A stretch of DNA of 24,000 nucleotides from Acaryochloris marina S15. GTDB taxonomy: Bacteria > Cyanobacteriota > Cyanobacteriia > Thermosynechococcales > Thermosynechococcaceae. The translations under genes were made by a program, and so were the position numbers. Positions 1-8,973 of this stretch are shown piece by piece; position 1 is the first letter of the stretch, and every line of letters starts with the position of its first letter. The notes under the pieces are model-generated. The model ran no database searches and was not told the origin of the DNA. It saw nothing but the letters and a program-made list of their open reading frames with translations. The DNA lies in the NCBI RefSeq assembly GCF_018336915.1, contig NZ_CP064923.1, positions 3,802,385 through 3,826,384 of the forward strand, given 5' to 3'.

Positions 1-1040
1 TTGACCACATAAGATTTCCCATCCCCGATCCGAATGGCTAACCGCTCAACATCGGACTGGCGCATTTGCACAACCTGCTGCCCATTTGGAAGGTCTTCTA
101 GGTTGGACAAGGAAATCGCACTTTGACGAGCCTGCGTCAGCAACGTGTTGATAGCTTGTAAGGCATCGGTTTTGGAATTGATGTCTTGAATCACCGCTGA
201 GGCCAAGACTTGCCCTGTTCGAATGGCAATGGTGCCTCGACGTAACCCCAACAGTAAAAATTCGACATTTTTCTCTAGGCGGTCTCGATTGACTTCCAGG
301 GCCTGAACGTCTTGTTGTAGCTGTTGACGTTGTTGATTGGCTGCTAGAAGCTCTTTACGCCCTTTCGTAATGGTTGTGGTTAATTCCTGCTTTTGAATTT
401 CGACTTGGCTTAGTCGCGTTTGGGCTTCAGTAATCGCGGTTTCGAGTTGCCTTTTTTGAACATTCACTTGTTTGAGTCGAGCCTCAGATTGGTTGCGCTG
501 AACTCGAAGGTTGTTTTGTTCTGTGCGAAGGGATTGAATTTGCGATCGCAACTGCTTCGCTTGTCCGGCGAACTTCGCAATCTCCCGTTTGGACTGGAGA
601 AACCGGCGTTGGGTTTGTTTGAGTTGGCGCTCGATCCGCTTTTCTCGGGCAATCGCTTTTACCAAAGAACGATTGGCCGTCTTCAAGCGTTGCCGGGTCC
701 GACTGAGGCTAGTTCGGGATCGAGCGAGATCGACCTCAATGGAGTCCTTCTCAGCCTGGGTCTCAGCCAGTTCCTTCTGGACAATACGACTCCGTTTCTG
801 GATGTCATCAAACCGAAAAAGGGCATCCCGAAACTGCTGGCTAAAGGCAAAAACAATCCCCAAGGTGAGGGCAGAAATCACCGCACCCGTCATGATCGTA
901 ATGACAATGGCAGTATTTTTGGGACGGAGGTTGAATAGACTCAGGCGCGCTTTGCCCACCTTCGAACCAATCCGATCGCCCAAAGTTGCGATCGCACCGC
1001 CCAAAACAATAATGACAATAACCAGAAAGTAACCCAGCAT
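1..1040 (-). CDS. DUF3084-family membrane/coiled-coil protein, N-terminal ~346 codons (3' end lies beyond the left window edge)
   Basis: Absent from the ORF track because it has no in-window stop. The reverse complement from ATG (1040..1038) reads MLGYFLVIVIIVLGGAIATLGDRIGSKVGKARLSLFNLRPKNTAIVITIMTGAVISALTLGIVFAFSQQFRDALFRFDD... and stays open to the edge. The GDRIGxKVGKxRLSLFNLRP N-terminal block plus a long Q/R/E/L-rich coiled-coil body is the pattern I recognise for cyanobacterial DUF3084. It starts 25 nt downstream of the DUF3110 gene on the same strand. Confidence 0.8.
   Translation of the reverse strand, partial: MLGYFLVIVIIVLGGAIATLGDRIGSKVGKARLSLFNLRPKNTAIVITIMTGAVISALTLGIVFAFSQQFRDALFRFDDIQKRSRIVQKELAETQAEKDSIEVDLARSRTSLSRTRQRLKTANRSLVKAIAREKRIERQLKQTQRRFLQSKREIAKFAGQAKQLRSQIQSLRTEQNNLRVQRNQSEARLKQVNVQKRQLETAITEAQTRLSQVEIQKQELTTTITKGRKELLAANQQRQQLQQDVQALEVNRDRLEKNVEFLLLGLRRGTIAIRTGQVLASAVIQDINSKTDALQAINTLLTQARQSAISLSNLEDLPNGQQVVQMRQSDVERLAIRIGDGKSYVV
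542..549. repeat. HIP1 octamer GCGATCGC
   Basis: Exact match read from the sequence. Confidence 0.95.
988..995. repeat. HIP1 octamer GCGATCGC
   Basis: Exact match read from the sequence. Confidence 0.95.
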
Positions 1041-1065
1041 GGAAACCCTTGCGAAATATAACGGG

Positions 1066-1461
1066 TTAATCCAGCAGATTCTCTAAACGACGACGAATTT
1101 GATCTAAGTTATTGACATCGGCATCCGGTTGATCAGCATCAGACTGATCGGCTTGCCAGTCTGTTTTGTCGACATTAGCCTCTGGCGGCACAGCAAGGGA
1201 GCCCTCGGGAATTAATTCCAGTTCTAAGCCCGCACTGTCGCAAAATGCCTCAATCTCTTCTTGATCAAATCCCTCCACCGTGGCTGCTGGAAAATCTTGA
1301 GCTTCCAGCATTAAGGCAAAGCGAGTGGCGTCGTCTTCCTCTTCAAAAGCCAGTACTACATCTTGTGTATAACTGCCTTCATCGGTGGAAACCTGCTTTT
1401 GTAAGGAGTGAATGCCCTCGTTCTCAGTTCCAGCATTAAATAACAAAACAAATACGCGCAT
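1066..1461 (-). CDS. DUF3110-family protein (cyanobacterial/plastid-lineage conserved hypothetical)
   Basis: 131-aa ORF. The N-terminus MRVFVLLFNAGTENEGIHSL and the block FEEEDDATRFALMLEAQDFP match the conserved DUF3110 signature as I recall it. It has an acidic C-terminal tail and is probably co-transcribed with the downstream DUF3084 gene. Confidence 0.75.
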   Translation of the reverse strand: MRVFVLLFNAGTENEGIHSLQKQVSTDEGSYTQDVVLAFEEEDDATRFALMLEAQDFPAATVEGFDQEEIEAFCDSAGLELELIPEGSLAVPPEANVDKTDWQADQSDADQPDADVNNLDQIRRRLENLLD

Positions 1462-1510
1462 GATCCTGAGTTGAAATTAGATAGACCTTTGATCGACCAC
1501 TAGAGGGTGC

Positions 1511-1539
1511 TGAACAAGAATAGCATTTACCTCTATAAT
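1511..1539 (+). promoter_or_regulatory. Candidate sigma70-type promoter for the tamB-like/pgsA unit
   Basis: -35 TGAACA (1511-1516), 17-nt spacer and consensus -10 TATAAT (1534-1539) on the + strand, about 250 nt upstream of the ATG at 1786 in the divergent intergenic region. This is a sequence match only. Confidence 0.3.
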
Positions 1540-1785
1540 CGTTTTTTGTCTGGACAATGATTATAAGGCTACCCCATGGTGTGTCATGCTCAATCTTGCT
1601 CGGGGGACAGAATATCTGAAGAAGGTCACTTTGTTCAAATCAGTTTAATTCTGCTGTGCGTTATATGTTGTTGAGGAACTAACCCCTAAGAAAGCCTTCT
1701 GTAATAAGGTTACAGTGCATTGATTCAGATTTTGAGTTAAAGGGCCCACTCCTTATTTGTCAACGGTACCCCTCTGAGGGATGTC

Positions 1786-4700
1786 ATGCCCCAATCTTCC
1801 CCTCCTGGGCAAGCTTCTCGTCCATCTCCTCCCCATCGACACTTTACTCGTCTTCACTTTCTGCTCATTGTAGTTGGGTTGCTACTGGCTGCGATCTCAG
1901 GTGTGAGTTGGTGGGTGCTGCGATTTATTGATGAAGACTTAACTCCCCTTGTTGCCAAAGAACTGAGTAAAACCTTAAATCGCCCGGTCAAGATTGGAGA
2001 TGTTCAAAATTACTCCCTCACCCATATTCGTTTTGGACCTTCAGAGATTCCTGCTTGTTCGCCCCAGCAGGGTTGTGCGAAGGAAGATGCCGACTCCGCA
2101 AAAATGGAAGCTGTAGATATCCGGTTCAATCTGTTGCCAATCTTATGGAGTCGCAAGCTGCATCTAGATGCAACACTGATCAAACCCCATCTGTACCTTG
2201 ATCAGACCCAGGATGGGGAATGGATTGCCACTCGACTTCGCTCTGGCCCTTCGAAGGCTTGGATAAAAGTCAAACTGAATCAGCTGCGGGTGCAGCAAGG
2301 AACAGCTCAGATTGATCCTGCCAAAATCGAGACTCGACAATTAAGCCAGCTCAACGGCACCCTCAATTTCTCGAACCCTGAAACCCTATACTTCAATACC
2401 ACAAGCCAGGTGGACTCAGGCGGTACACTCTCGATGAAAGGGGCTTGGCAATCCCAACAGCAGCAGCTAGAAGTCAATGCCAAAGCGGAGGATCTCGTTG
2501 CTGCCCCCTTGATGGGCTTGCTACCAAAGCTCCCTTTTGAAATCAACAAAGGACAATTAAATGGGCAATTTCAGGTTAAAGTGCGTCCCCAACAGCCTTT
2601 AACCATTCATTCTGATGCCACCTTATTCCAAGGGGATATTTGGATTCCCAAGCAAGCCATTCGCGTCCAAGCCAATAACATTCGCACCGATGTCCGCATC
2701 GAAGTGCCCATTCAGCGTCCGGTTGAACTGAAAGGCGAGGCTTTTGTAGAGGGCGCAAGGGCAGATGTCCCTGAAGATTTACTTCTAGATAATCAGCGTC
2801 AACAACCTCGCCGCTTATCCCAGCTCCAGGGCAAAGTTGATTTCCTGGGGCTAAAACAGCGATTTCGCTTTGATCTTAAAGGGCGAATGGGGCAAAGTGG
2901 CCGTCTGCAAGCTAGGGGCGTAGCCTCTTTTTTAGAGCAACAGTCCAACATGCGGCTGCAGCTTCAGAATCTGCCAGCGCCTCTGTTTGACCAAGCCTAT
3001 CAACTCCCCATGACTGTTGATTCGGGTCAAGTGAGTGCCAGCATCCGAGTCAATCTCCGCCCAAAACAGCGTCCCGATGTCCAAGGGACTGCCCTCTTAA
3101 AACGGGTTGAGATGGGGATAGTTAATGTCCCTCAACCTTTTCGGCGGGTGAGAGGGTATCTGCGCTTTAAGGGCATTGCCGTTCGTCTAGAAGGACTTCA
3201 GGGAGACTATGGGCAAATCCCCATGCAGGCCACTGGCTGGATTGATCCAGATCGCGGATATCGTTTGGTGGGGAAAACGGAGTGGGTTGCCGCTCAACCC
3301 ATGCTAGAAACCCTCCAAGTCACAGGTTTACCCTTTCCCGTTACGGGCAAGTTTAAGGGGGATAATCTTCGATTTGATGGTGCAATTGATCAGCCGATTT
3401 TCTCTGGTTCAATTCAATTAGCAAAGCAACCTAAGGTTGATCGGGTGCCGTTTAAGCAGCTCACGGCTAAATTTCAATTGGCTGATGCCCTGCTAAAAAT
3501 GGAGAATATCGAGGCCGAAACAATTGTAGGGGGACGGTTTCGAGGGACGGCTCGCTTTGATGTTCAGCCCGGTGGACAGTTGTTAACCCAGTTGGAGGCT
3601 AGCGAGATTCCCGGGAATGCGATCGCACAGTTCTACCAAGCCGATCCCGGTTTTCCCTTGGGGCCCCTCCAAGGTCAAATTAAGATATTTGGCCCCCCAG
3701 AGGATATACGCACTAATGTAGATTTTCAGGCCCTGAAGGGACAATTCCCGACCCGAGGGAATATTCTTATTCACCAAAGCATTGCTCAACTCAGGCGGAT
3801 TGTCACTCAGGTCCCTGGGGGGGAACTACGGACCCAAGGCCAGATTAAAGATAATCAGGTTAACGTAACAACGATGACCCCCGGCGTGACCCTGAAGGCT
3901 TACTCCCCTGACACACGGGGACTTATGACTGGGCAACTCAACATTACGGGTCCCTTCGATGGTTTTAGTGTCAACACAGTCAGAGCCCAGGGAAAGGCTC
4001 GCTTCTCTGATGGAATTGCCATTGTCTATGACCCGATTGCAGCCCAAATTCAATGGGATGGACAGCAGATCTTGGTGGATCAAGCCACTGCCCCAGGTTT
4101 TTGGTCCCAAGGTCAAGTGGGACTGGACTTTGATTCGCCTCAAGGTCCTCAGCTCACCACCCTCAATCTCGCGGTTCGTTCTCAAGGGTACGATTTAGGA
4201 TTATTTCCTCCCTTTGGCCCCACACAAGTCAAAATGGCGGGGCGGGCTAACCTAGTCGGTCAACTCACAGGCACTATCGAGGATCCCTACCTAGACTCTA
4301 CGGTACAAATTAACAACCTCTTGGTAGGAGGGGTTCCCTTTGAAAACACGCTCAAAGGCAAAATGCAATATGGGCAACAAGCCAAGTTAGATTTGCGGGT
4401 ATCAGGACAGCGTGATCGCATCAATCTCGCATTAAATTCCAATCAATTGCCCACATCCTTTGATATTCGTCGTGATCAAGCCTGGGCGATCGGTAAAACT
4501 GAACAGGGTAAGCTCAATCTCGATTTCCAGGATGTTCCCCTCGCTGCCTTAAACTGGCAACCTGTTGATAATCTCGGACCGCTTTCGGGTCTCTCTTCTG
4601 GTGAGTTTTCTCTTAACCCTACAACCTATGTAGGTGCTGGAACTCTTACGGTGAAACGCCCTGCCATTGGCAAGTTAGTCGGAGATCAATTTTTAGGTAG

Positions 4701-6972
4701 GTTTCAACTCACCAGCGATACCATTCGGTTGCAACAAGGTGAATTGCGCGATCGCAACAACTTATATCAGCTCCAAGCCAACGTGGTACCTGGCATCAAT
4801 CCCAAATTTTCAGGAACGCTCAACATTCGCCAATCTGAAATTGCCGATCTCGTCACTGCGGCAACATCCCTCAACCTCAATCCATCGGTATCTCAGGGTC
4901 AGTCCCAAGGGAAAGCCGAAGATGTCGAAACGCTTCCCGTAGGTTCAGCCCAAGGGTCTTTACTCATGCAGCTTCGACGTCTGTCTGAGTTAGATGCTTT
5001 AACTACGCAGCAGCAAGCCCAAGCTCCCCCAGACCCCCTATTTCCCGATTTAGCTGAGTTATCAGGTAAGCTCGCAGGCCGCCTGCAGTTTTCAGGCTCT
5101 TTACAATCGGGACTAGATACTCGCTTTGCCCTAAAGACTCAGGCTTTAAAGTGGGGGGACTATGCCATTGATCTCATGACTGCTCAGGGGCAATATGCAG
5201 ATGGCAGCCTGCAGCTCCGACCTTTGCGGGTGACAACAGGGAAACAGGAAGCCCAGTTTCAAGGAACGATTGGCCTTCAGCAGCAATCTGGCCAGTTAAC
5301 TCTGAAGAATCTGCCTTTGCAAGGACTGAATCAATTCCTCGATTTGCCCTTTGAGGTGGCTGGCACTGTCAATGGTTCTGCTAGCCTTGCCGGTACTTTA
5401 GCCAATCCTCAGCTTCAGGGCGAGCTGAAATGGGATGAGGCCATGGTGAATACCCTTGCCCTCAATCAAGCTCGGTCGACCTTTGCCTATAATCGAGGAC
5501 GATTGACCTTTGAAGGTGGCTCAGATGCCCTTCCATTCAGGTTTACAGGGAATATCCCTTATCAATTACCCTTGACTGCGGTGGGACCGGATAGCGATGC
5601 CCTGGAAGTGTCTCTGAAAGTGAAGGATGATGGCCTGTCTCTGATTAATCTGTTTACGGATCAGCTCAATTGGGTAGAGGGTCAGGGAGAAATCGATCTC
5701 AATATAACGGGTACCCTAACCCAACCTTCCATGCAGGGGAGTATCCAGCTCAACCAGGCAACCTTAGGGTCTGATCTATTATTTGAACCCCTCACAAATG
5801 TTACTGGAATCATTCAATTCGATCGCAATCATTTGCGGATTAAACGTCTGAACGGACTCTATAGCCAGGGCAAACTAGAGGCTTCGGGGAGTCTCCCCCT
5901 ATTTGTGTCCGAGGCATCTCCTTCTTCTGATTCCCTGCAACTAGCCCTCAAAGCCCTCAAGCTCAATGTCAAAGGACTATATAAAGGTCAAATTGATGGT
6001 GATCTGAATATTTCCGGCTCGCTGTTAGCCCCTCAATTGGGAGGAGTGATGGCCTTGACGAATGGTCAGGTCATTTTGGCTGATGTGAATGTTGCTTCCT
6101 CCAGTGCTCCAGGACAATTTGGACAAACCACTCCCCTGGAATTTAATAACCTTCAAGTTCAGCTCAATAATAATGTTCGGGTCACTCAGCCCCCCTTGCT
6201 TAGTTTTGTTGCTGCCGGTAATGTAACCGTCAACGGCTCTATTAATGCCCCGCGTCCTGCCGGTAAAATTCGATTCCGTCAGGGATCTGTGAATCTATTT
6301 ACCAGTCGTTTTCGGATTGATTCTCGCCAAGATAATTTTGCCGAATTCGATCCAAGTTTGGGATTAGATCCTTTTCTCAGCATTGGCATGGTGACGACTG
6401 CCACAGATATCGCGGGAGGACGGGCCACGGAATTGAACGAGTTTGAAGACTTACCCGCAGGTCGAATTGGGGCGATTGAATCCGTGCGAGTCCGGGCTAC
6501 GGTAGAAGGGCGTGCCAGTGAGCTAGTCAATAACTTTAATCAAGTGGTGAAACTTTCTAGCACGCCCAGCCGATCAGAAGGTGAAATTCTGGCCTTGTTA
6601 GGAGGGAGTGTCACAAATAATTTAGAAGATGGAAATACAGAACTAGCCTTAGTAAATTTAGCTAGCTCAGCGTTTCTAACTGGTTTTGAAGGATTATTCG
6701 CAGATGCGCTTGGGACACGAGCTAGTTTTCGTGTGTTTCCAGTTTTAATCCCTAATGATGACCAAGACCAGTCCGTGTTGGCATTTGGTGCAGAACTAGG
6801 TTACGACGTGACGGATCGTTTCTCAGTATCAGCCCTGCAAATCTTAACGGGATTGGATGAAGCGACATTATTTAATGCAAGTTACGACATTAATGAGCAA
6901 TTGCGGGTTCGAAGTGCTATCAGTACTGATGGAGAAGCTGTTGGCATTCTCGAATATCGCATTCGTTTTTAA
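1786..6972 (+). CDS. tamB: TamB/AsmA-like translocation and assembly module protein (DUF490 C-terminal domain; cyanobacterial counterpart of plastid Tic236)
   Basis: 1728-aa ORF. It has an N-terminal signal-anchor helix (FLLIVVGLLLAAISGVSWWVL) and a very long repetitive beta-rich G/Q/L/N body. The C-terminal segment ...AFGAELGYDVTDRFSVSALQ...GILEYRIRF ends in an aromatic residue, as in TamB C-termini. Confidence 0.85.
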   Translation: MPQSSPPGQASRPSPPHRHFTRLHFLLIVVGLLLAAISGVSWWVLRFIDEDLTPLVAKELSKTLNRPVKIGDVQNYSLTHIRFGPSEIPACSPQQGCAKEDADSAKMEAVDIRFNLLPILWSRKLHLDATLIKPHLYLDQTQDGEWIATRLRSGPSKAWIKVKLNQLRVQQGTAQIDPAKIETRQLSQLNGTLNFSNPETLYFNTTSQVDSGGTLSMKGAWQSQQQQLEVNAKAEDLVAAPLMGLLPKLPFEINKGQLNGQFQVKVRPQQPLTIHSDATLFQGDIWIPKQAIRVQANNIRTDVRIEVPIQRPVELKGEAFVEGARADVPEDLLLDNQRQQPRRLSQLQGKVDFLGLKQRFRFDLKGRMGQSGRLQARGVASFLEQQSNMRLQLQNLPAPLFDQAYQLPMTVDSGQVSASIRVNLRPKQRPDVQGTALLKRVEMGIVNVPQPFRRVRGYLRFKGIAVRLEGLQGDYGQIPMQATGWIDPDRGYRLVGKTEWVAAQPMLETLQVTGLPFPVTGKFKGDNLRFDGAIDQPIFSGSIQLAKQPKVDRVPFKQLTAKFQLADALLKMENIEAETIVGGRFRGTARFDVQPGGQLLTQLEASEIPGNAIAQFYQADPGFPLGPLQGQIKIFGPPEDIRTNVDFQALKGQFPTRGNILIHQSIAQLRRIVTQVPGGELRTQGQIKDNQVNVTTMTPGVTLKAYSPDTRGLMTGQLNITGPFDGFSVNTVRAQGKARFSDGIAIVYDPIAAQIQWDGQQILVDQATAPGFWSQGQVGLDFDSPQGPQLTTLNLAVRSQGYDLGLFPPFGPTQVKMAGRANLVGQLTGTIEDPYLDSTVQINNLLVGGVPFENTLKGKMQYGQQAKLDLRVSGQRDRINLALNSNQLPTSFDIRRDQAWAIGKTEQGKLNLDFQDVPLAALNWQPVDNLGPLSGLSSGEFSLNPTTYVGAGTLTVKRPAIGKLVGDQFLGRFQLTSDTIRLQQGELRDRNNLYQLQANVVPGINPKFSGTLNIRQSEIADLVTAATSLNLNPSVSQGQSQGKAEDVETLPVGSAQGSLLMQLRRLSELDALTTQQQAQAPPDPLFPDLAELSGKLAGRLQFSGSLQSGLDTRFALKTQALKWGDYAIDLMTAQGQYADGSLQLRPLRVTTGKQEAQFQGTIGLQQQSGQLTLKNLPLQGLNQFLDLPFEVAGTVNGSASLAGTLANPQLQGELKWDEAMVNTLALNQARSTFAYNRGRLTFEGGSDALPFRFTGNIPYQLPLTAVGPDSDALEVSLKVKDDGLSLINLFTDQLNWVEGQGEIDLNITGTLTQPSMQGSIQLNQATLGSDLLFEPLTNVTGIIQFDRNHLRIKRLNGLYSQGKLEASGSLPLFVSEASPSSDSLQLALKALKLNVKGLYKGQIDGDLNISGSLLAPQLGGVMALTNGQVILADVNVASSSAPGQFGQTTPLEFNNLQVQLNNNVRVTQPPLLSFVAAGNVTVNGSINAPRPAGKIRFRQGSVNLFTSRFRIDSRQDNFAEFDPSLGLDPFLSIGMVTTATDIAGGRATELNEFEDLPAGRIGAIESVRVRATVEGRASELVNNFNQVVKLSSTPSRSEGEILALLGGSVTNNLEDGNTELALVNLASSAFLTGFEGLFADALGTRASFRVFPVLIPNDDQDQSVLAFGAELGYDVTDRFSVSALQILTGLDEATLFNASYDINEQLRVRSAISTDGEAVGILEYRIRF
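3619..3626. repeat. HIP1 octamer GCGATCGC
   Basis: Exact match read from the sequence. Confidence 0.95.
4748..4755. repeat. HIP1 octamer GCGATCGC
   Basis: Exact match read from the sequence. Confidence 0.95.
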
Positions 6973-6978
6973 CCACCT

Positions 6979-7506
6979 ATGACCCTTGCTACTTGGATCA
7001 CGATTTCCCGCTTATTTGCCTTACCTTTTCTGCTTTATGGCTTACAGGGCGATATTGTGGCTTCTTCCCCTACCACTCGCTGGATTTGTTTAGCCATATT
7101 CATTGTGGCTGCTGGCACTGATTGGCTAGATGGTTATCTAGCTCGTAAATTAGATCAAGTGACAGATCTTGGGAAATTCCTAGATCCCCTCGTAGATAAA
7201 TTACTGATTTTGGGTCCCCTGATTGCACTAGTCGAACTAGGCCAGATCCCCGCCTGGAGTGTGGTGATTATTCTGACTCGGGAGTTAACCATTGCTGGGT
7301 GGCGTGTTCAGCAAACCCAAATTTCAGGAGCTAATGGGTGGGGCAAAGCTAAAACCGTTCTGCAGATTGTTGCTGTTTCCTTCTTGATTGCACCCTTGTC
7401 AGGGGTGTGGATGCCCATTTCTTTAGGCGTTTATGCTGCTTCGGTTTGCCTGACCGTCGTTTCTGGCATTGTATATGTGCTGCCTCAATCACCTCTTATT
7501 CCATAA
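6979..7506 (+). CDS. pgsA: CDP-diacylglycerol--glycerol-3-phosphate 3-phosphatidyltransferase (phosphatidylglycerophosphate synthase)
   Basis: 175-aa polytopic membrane ORF. It carries the CDP-alcohol phosphatidyltransferase motif D-x2-D-G-x2-A-R-x8-G-x3-D-x3-D, seen as DWLDGYLARKLDQVTDLGKFLDPLVD. It starts 6 nt after the tamB-like stop. Confidence 0.88.
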   Translation: MTLATWITISRLFALPFLLYGLQGDIVASSPTTRWICLAIFIVAAGTDWLDGYLARKLDQVTDLGKFLDPLVDKLLILGPLIALVELGQIPAWSVVIILTRELTIAGWRVQQTQISGANGWGKAKTVLQIVAVSFLIAPLSGVWMPISLGVYAASVCLTVVSGIVYVLPQSPLIP

Positions 7507-7986
7507 CGCTAGAAAATTCCAGCAAAGAGTTTAGATTGAGCGTTAAGAATATTTTAATTTTTTTGTAATTTCAGTATTTCCCGTAGCACCTTCTTTTTGA
7601 AACCTAAATAGTCAAAGGTATATTAACGGATTGGAGTTGTATATTTACCTTTTGCCTATGTATAAGAAGTTATCTGAGATATGAAAAGTGTTCGTTTTTT
7701 TCTCCGCAAGATTACGGAGTAAGAGAACTAGTAGGTTTCTGTAAAGCCTATTATGAAAGGCTTATGTGAATTCACGGAAGTATTTTTCCAGTGATCTTAC
7801 GGAAGATATTTTTGTTGGATTAGAGCAAGATACTAATAGTAGATTCGTATTTCTTAGACAAACTGTATACCTCACTGCATTTAGAGAAAGAGCCGATCTT
7901 GTTCATTTGTTCTGCAGCATTCAGGTTTTCAGAAATAGTCAAGTCCCATCGTCTCACTCATATCGTCACTTCACCTTATTAATCAT

Positions 7987-8529
7987 ATGAAAGTTATCCA
8001 TTCACATGATAATTCCGGCAATTCCGAGAACAAGCAGCCTATTGAGATGCTGAAAGACGGACAACTATTATCTTTATCCCAAAGCTACCCAGCAGGATTA
8101 ATTCTGCAAAAACCTTATTATGCCGAGTATATTGGTCCAGGTTCGGCTGTAGGAGGGATGTTTGATCTACAGTGCGTCACTATTCACCCCTTGGGCAAAG
8201 TTGAACTCAGTGCTCCTGAAACGTTGGATGAGCGCCAAAATGCGTTTCAAAAGAGAATGGAAGATATTGAGCACATGCAGCTGATTTGTGAAAAAGATTT
8301 ACCGATAGAACGGGCTGTTGCCGTTCTTGAAATGCTATCTCAGCATTTTTATCAAGATGAAATCCAAATGATTCCCAATGAAATTTTGGCTAAGCTCGTG
8401 GGGGTTTTACCTTCAACGATGGCGGCAGCTTGGCAACAATTATCTACAAGTGGCCACAAGCGGAATACCACTCCACAGTCCTCTACCCCTGAGCCAAATT
8501 TTGCTTCCCATGAGGTGGCGTTTGCCTAG
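7987..8529 (+). CDS. Hypothetical protein (possible degenerate Crp-type C-terminal helix-turn-helix)
   Basis: 180-aa ORF in an otherwise AT-rich gap, followed about 100 nt later by a strong terminator hairpin. The segment ERAVAVLEMLSQHFYQDEIQMIPNEILAKLVGVLPSTMAAAWQQL loosely resembles the linker plus HTH of Crp/Fnr regulators. I do not recognise a family with confidence. Confidence 0.5.
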   Translation: MKVIHSHDNSGNSENKQPIEMLKDGQLLSLSQSYPAGLILQKPYYAEYIGPGSAVGGMFDLQCVTIHPLGKVELSAPETLDERQNAFQKRMEDIEHMQLICEKDLPIERAVAVLEMLSQHFYQDEIQMIPNEILAKLVGVLPSTMAAAWQQLSTSGHKRNTTPQSSTPEPNFASHEVAFA

Positions 8530-8627
8530 GTTAGGGTCGCTTCTCTTTCCCATACGCTTGAGGATGTATCAAACCTAAATCTATTGAAGTCAGTTGCTTC
8601 ACTAACTGGGCTTTGATACATCGGAAT

Positions 8628-8687
8628 CACCATCAGCCCCACTATTTAGAGCTAACACTCCAAATAGTGGGGCTGATGGTGGTTTTT
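8628..8687 (+). terminator. Rho-independent terminator (20-bp perfect stem)
   Basis: CACCATCAGCCCCACTATTT (8628-8647) pairs perfectly with AAATAGTGGGGCTGATGGTG (8662-8681). The loop is 14 nt and the stem is followed by G-TTTTT (8683-8687). Confidence 0.7.
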
Positions 8688-8929
8688 GTAAGGACTAGGC
8701 CTAGAATTGTGGGCTGAAGCGGTTGGGGGATCAAATATCACAGATATCTAAGTTAGGGACTGCCGTCAGTAAATAGATATCATTCATTAATGTATATGTC
8801 AGTAGGATAGCGAATTCCCATCTTATCCTGGCAATCTCTGTCGCAGATTAAACACCTGATTTCTAAAACCAAGCATAGTAAAAGCGTCAACGCCGTGTAC
8901 AATGCTCTATGAGAGAGGGAATCCTTCCT

Positions 8930-8937
8930 GCGATCGC
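8930..8937. repeat. HIP1 octamer GCGATCGC (extended palindrome CTGCGATCGCAG)
   Basis: Exact match read from the sequence. Confidence 0.95.
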
Positions 8938-8942
8938 AGAAG

Positions 8943-8973
8943 ACCACCCATCAATTGTATAGGTGGTTTTTTT
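8943..8973 (+). terminator. Candidate rho-independent terminator of a short transcript upstream of psbO
   Basis: ACCACC (8943-8948) pairs with GGTGGT (8962-8967), with two further pairs after one mismatch. A T7 run follows at 8967-8973. There is no CDS upstream between it and the previous terminator. Confidence 0.45.

Noticed and set aside
420-1032. Track ORFs 420-938 (+, 172 aa) and 589-1032 (+, 147 aa), plus 464-652 (-)
   Set aside because: They lie antisense or out of frame to the well-supported DUF3084 gene (1-1040, minus strand). Their products are low-complexity R/L/S-rich sequences typical of shadow ORFs opposite a coiled-coil gene.
1590-1601. 12-mer TCAATCTTGCTC shared with 14471-14482
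   Set aside because: By a rough estimate, more than ten chance 12-mer coincidences are expected in 24 kb. There is no flanking similarity.
2307-6530. Several short ORFs inside or antisense to the TamB-like gene (2307-2549, 2576-2758, 3583-3789, 3826-4185, 3959-4198, 4739-4942, 6279-6530)
   Set aside because: All are nested within a continuous 1728-codon ORF with a coherent domain structure. They are shadow ORFs.
6904-6916. GGGTTCGAAGTGC, a T-loop-like string considered as a tRNA fragment
   Set aside because: It lies inside the TamB-like CDS, lacks the rest of the T-arm consensus and has no cloverleaf context. I found no tRNA, rRNA or CRISPR array in the window.
7766-7990. 74-aa + ORF ending in an ATGA overlap with the 180-aa ORF
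   Set aside because: It has a GTG start and no RBS. It lies in AT-rich sequence containing direct repeats, and the product is featureless. The ATGA overlap alone is not enough evidence.
8378-8578. 66-aa + ORF overlapping the 3' end of the 180-aa ORF
   Set aside because: It is an out-of-frame overlap with a longer ORF and has no supporting features.
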